Of a DNA stretch of 64,000 bases, positions 59,790 to 64,000 are shown piece after piece (positions within the stretch are counted from its first letter, which is position 1; each line of letters begins with the position of its first letter). The stretch lies in NCBI RefSeq assembly GCF_009914755.1, contig NC_060942.1; one strand, given 5' to 3'. The DNA comes from the human T2T-CHM13v2.0 reference genome, Homo sapiens. Below the pieces are notes generated by a model. It ran no database searches, had not been told where the DNA came from, and saw only the letters and a program-made list of their open reading frames with translations. Position numbers and translations under genes: made by a program.

Positions 59790-61150
59790 TCCCCGGGGCT
59801 GACGGGGAGCACGGCCTGGGCAGCCCTTTCCCGAGGATGTCCCAGTGGAGACGGGCTCACACCGAGGTGCGCGCACATGCGCGTCTGCGCGGTCCGCCGC
59901 GGGTGGACCGAATCTCACCCCGTGCCCACGACCGGCGGGCTTTCCTGTTTGCCTTTTTGAACTCTGTTTTCTTTGAGTCTTGGAGAGAGCCAGGGGCTGT
60001 GATGTCACTGTATAAACAGAGGGAAGGGTGGGGGCGAAAGTTGCATTGGAGCGAACCCGGCGGTGGAGGAGGGCTGGTGGGAGGATGGGGGTGGGGAGGG
60101 AGATTTTTTTTTTAAAAGTGGTTTGGTCTCGGGGGTGTAGGGGCAGCGGGGGACTCTGCAGAGTCCCGATAAAGAAACAGAATGGGACTGCCAGTCCCTA
60201 ACCTAGGGGCGGGGAGGGGGACGTGGCTGGAAGAGACAGGGGTTGGTGGGGGGAGGTTGGAAAAATATGGGACGCCTAGAGCTAATTCCTCTGATTAAAA
60301 ATGCATTAGTTTGGAGGTGTCAGGGACACGCAGCTGTTTTCAAGGAAAGCCTGGCTCCAAGAGGTCCTCCCCGGCCGGGCCGCCTGGCGGCTCCATCCCG
60401 GGTGGGTGTCAGCGAGCGCGCAGCCCCCGACGCTTGTCCTCTCCCTGACAGGGCCCTGGCCAATGTCCTGCTGCTGCGGGTCGTGGTAATTTACATCCTC
60501 TCTGTGTACATTAACTTATCTGCAGCCGCGCTGGCTGCGCTCCTTCAGTCAGCCTGTCTCCTGCGCAGCCTGGGAGCCTTCCCCGACCCAGCGACCCACC
60601 GGGCGGCCGGGGGCGACTGGGGAACCCTGGGAATCACAACAACCGCCCGGTTCCGACCCGGCCCGGACGCCCGCGGGGGCGGGGGACTCTGTGGGGCCAG
60701 GCGTGGAGGGCCGGCGAGCCCGGCTCGGGCAGGGCAGAGGCGGGCGGCCGGGGGCTGGCGGCGAACACTTAGTGGCTAATTCATGACTCATGACTCATGC
60801 GCAGGCTCCTCTTCAGTGACAGCCGGGACAGTTCCTGGTTATTTGTAGCCCCCCGGCTTTCATTTCGCTGTAATTAAGCAGTCATTTGAGGGTCATTTCA
60901 TCCCCGTTATAGGTTTCTCTGTTTTAATCATGCTTTGAGTTCCAGTGGGGGCAGCAGGGAGTGGAAGGGGAGGTTGGGAAGGAGGCGTGGAGGGCAAGAG
61001 GGTAATCGTCTCTGAGAACGCGTGCACTTTTCATAACTCTTCCCGTGACAGGCCCTGGTGCAGGCTCCGCAGACGCCGACGCCCGGCGCTCCGCTCCGGG
61101 GCGCGGGCCAGATCCTCTTCCCTGACACCCGCGGTCTTCCCTGAGAAGAG
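59790..61150. promoter_or_regulatory. CpG island, probable promoter or enhancer
   Basis: Non-repeat, GC- and CpG-rich in a CpG-poor window; GC box GGGGCGGGG (~60206), CCAAT (~60460), TATAAA (60011), G-runs 60023-60101, tandem AP-1 60784-60797. Confidence 0.85.
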
Positions 61151-61951
61151 GTCTGGCCCTTTTTGAGTCAGATGTTGGATTTTCTGCTTTCCCCTCTGGC
61201 ACCACACTAATCATTCTCTTTAATCGCTGTAGCTTTTTAATGAGGCCAAGTAGGTATTTATGGAGCCGTCTACTCTCCAAACGCTGATGCTTGATAAGTC
61301 ATTTATAACTTATCGGTGGGCTTTGCATAGGCCAAACCCAGAAGAAAGGAAGTGAGAATAAAATAGAGGCTGGATTTTACGAGGAACCTTCAGCGTATCT
61401 TCAGGTCCTAGATGGTACCAAGCCCTTGTGGGAAATGTTCAATCCATCAGACATAAGAATAAGAAACGGCCACAGCCTGTCCGAATTTTGTGAAAATTCT
61501 CTGGCTGTCATTCTTGATTTTTTTTTTTTTAATTCCCTCCACTTTCTCCTTTGGCTGGTTCATGTATTCTTTAGATATCATTTGAAGCTTCCATTCCAAG
61601 GCCAAGTCTAAGATGTTCTTTAAAGAAATCTTAAGCTATTGCATTTGGAGGGCACACAGATTGAAACTGAAAGGACTGGAAAGAAATAAAGGACAGAAAC
61701 CAGATTTTCTGTCATTGCAAAGAGTAGGTGCCACAGGCTCCAAATCTCAGTAGATATTAAAGTTAAAGCAGGAGTCTGCGGTAACAGTAGGAGGGTGGTT
61801 GCTTTCAAAAGAGAAGGGAAGAGAGAAAACCTGTCCAAGAAAGGGCAGGAGAAAGAGTGAGAGAGAAACAACACAGACTAGAAAAACAAAATGAATGAAT
61901 CAATCAACATATGAGTATTTAATGTGCATTAAGGAAACTTCAAAAATGTTT

Positions 61952-62297
61952 TCAGCCATAAAATGGAATAAAATACTGATACATGCTATAACCATGGATG
62001 AGCCTTGAGAACTTTAAACTAGGTGAGAGAAGCCACTTATAAAAGACCACATATTCTATAATTCCATTTAGATGAAACGTCCAGAACAGGCAACTCTATA
62101 GAGACGGGAAGTAGATTAGCTGTTACCTTGAACTGGGGGTGGGGGTAGGAGTAAGGGGACTGGGGGAGCGACTGCTAGAATTAATTGTGATGGTGATTGT
62201 ACAACTCTGAATATGCTAATAACCACAGACTTACATGCTTTAAATGGGTGAATTGTATAGTATGTGAATTATATCTCAATAAATCTGTTACTGAAAA
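61952..62297 (+). mobile_element. L1MB-like 3' fragment
   Basis: AAAAGACCACATATT...AAATGGGTGAATTGTATAGTATGTGAATTATATCTCAATAAA. Confidence 0.82.
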
Positions 62298-62946
62298 CAG
62301 TTTCCGTTAAGTTAAATAGAAGCAGGTCCCAAAACAGCACCACTAAAAAATTCTCTTGCTAAGTGCACTGCTCCTTCCTATATGACAATGTAAACAGCAA
62401 ATACTGTTCCTAGGACGGGGTCTGGTTTTTCACTTGGTCCCCAGTGCCTAGAACAATGCTGCTTATGGAAGGTACACAACAAATATTTGCTGGAAGAGAA
62501 CTTGCAAATAACCAGATGGCCAAATTCAGACTTATACCACGCTCACCCTGCCATCTCTTCGCTGCACCCTCTAGCTTTCCAATATTATCATTTTATATAT
62601 ATAAAATATACAAATATATATTATTATATATACAAATGTATATTATTATATATAGTATCATTATTATTATTAATACAGCTAGTACTAATAACTAACAAAC
62701 AACATTTTGTTTATATATTTTGTGCCAGGCACTGTACATATATTTGCTTCTAATCCTTATAAAACCCAGCAATGTAAACCCACTGAACCCAGGTCTGTCT
62801 GGCTCCCAAAGTTTTAGTCTATTATAAACACCCCCTGCTAAAAACACTAAACACAAAGGCAAGGAGAAACATCAACGAACATGCAAAAGAGAACCAGCCA
62901 AAGTCACCGACAGAGGAAACCAAAGAAAATCTGGTTTCTATGTTTA

Positions 62947-63022
62947 TTTTAGTTTTAATTTTTATTTTTTTGAGACAGAGTCTCGCTGTTACCCAGGCTG
63001 GAGTGCAGTGGTGTGATCATGA
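62947..63022 (-). mobile_element. Severely 5'-truncated Alu (last ~50 nt plus tail)
   Basis: T-rich tail plus GAGACAGAGTCTCGCTGTTACCCAGGCTGGAGTGCAGTGG; perfect 12-bp TSD TTTCTATGTTTA (62935, 63023). Confidence 0.9.
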
Positions 63023-63070
63023 TTTCTATGTTTAAGCTGAAAGAAGTATCAAGAAGCATCACTCAAACAC

Positions 63071-63148
63071 ATCACTCAAAGAACGATGGCTTGTCTTATT
63101 TAAAATTATATCACTCATAGAACTATGGCTTGTCTTATTTAAAATTAC
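63071..63148. repeat. Tandem duplication, 2 x 39 bp
   Basis: ATCACTCA(A/T)AGAAC(G/T)ATGGCTTGTCTTATTTAAAATTA(T/C) twice. Confidence 0.92.
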
Positions 63149-64000
63149 GATAATTTTATACTAACCATGGATTATATATGCAACAGCTACGGAGGACTTA
63201 CTATGTACATAGTTCACAGGAGCTTATGTTCGAGCCTGTTATAAAAGCTACTGTCTCTTAAAAAAAAAACAAAAATGAGTACTCAGTATATTTGTCTAAG
63301 TAGTGAACAAAAGGTTTAACCGTACAGTAATGGAAACATTCTGGTTTCCCAAAACCTCTTCCTAAAGCTGAAACATTTTTGTGGAAAGTTAAGGAAAAGA
63401 CCCAGAACTCTATGAAGGGCTGCCTAAATGACTACCCACAAAAGTAGCTGGGGAGAAATACAAATTAGAATACATCCAAACTATTCGAAAGCTACTTGGT
63501 GTGTGCTTGGGCTTGAGCCTGCTGCCTAGGTGTTCATTAAGTGTTCATAATATTTCTTATGTCCATAATCCAAGATTCCAGACCCACATCCCAACCAAGA
63601 CTCAGACCCGCCATCTTATCTCATGCATATTAGTTGGTATATATTGATACTACTTGTAATAATTATCCTAGAAAGACACAAAAACCTTCTAATAAAAGGT
63701 TCTATATTCCTCTATCTACTTTGCTATCAGAATTTTGCTCTAAGATTTATAATGAATAGCCCCCATTTTCAAGTTGGAAAAACCAAGTACCCCCTGAAAG
63801 TACTTACTGAAACTGTCCCAAAGATCCATAATAGTAATAGGAAAAAATCTCAGCATGTCCTTCTCCCAACTGTTAGAGATACTCACCTCCTATTTAATGT
63901 GATAGGAGGTGTTCCTTCTACTTACAAAAAATTCGTATATATATTTAATTTTTTCTTAACTAAGTCTGAAAAGGAGAGACAACCTAGGCCATAAGTATGG

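Noticed and set aside
60243-60779. 178-aa ORF in the CpG island
   Set aside because: Non-ATG start, Gly/Ala/Arg/Pro-rich as expected for GC-rich chance frames, no recognisable domain

Overview
Primate (probably human or great-ape) non-coding genomic DNA made mostly of interspersed repeats (Alu, L1, L2, MIR, MaLR/ERV1 LTRs, hAT DNA elements). I recognise no host protein-coding exon, tRNA, rRNA or CRISPR array and cannot name the locus. Main landmarks: (1) a full-length L1PA2-type LINE-1 (24808-30874, +) with a 16-bp TSD, an intact 1275-aa ORF2, an ORF1 broken only by a stop at codon 10, and a C-terminally extended antisense ORF0; (2) an older scrambled L1PA13/15-like composite (6676-11176, -) nested in an ancient L1M; (3) two separate ~0.3-kb non-tandem local duplications; (4) several short hairpins; (5) a CpG island at ~59.8-61.15 kb with a dense motif cluster including a tandem AP-1 site. 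Most other ORFs in the track are repeat-derived or chance frames. Subfamily names come from recalled consensus diagnostics and need RepeatMasker/Dfam confirmation. I see no convincing wholly new biological system; the best leads are the ORF2-only L1PA2 and the chimeric L1.
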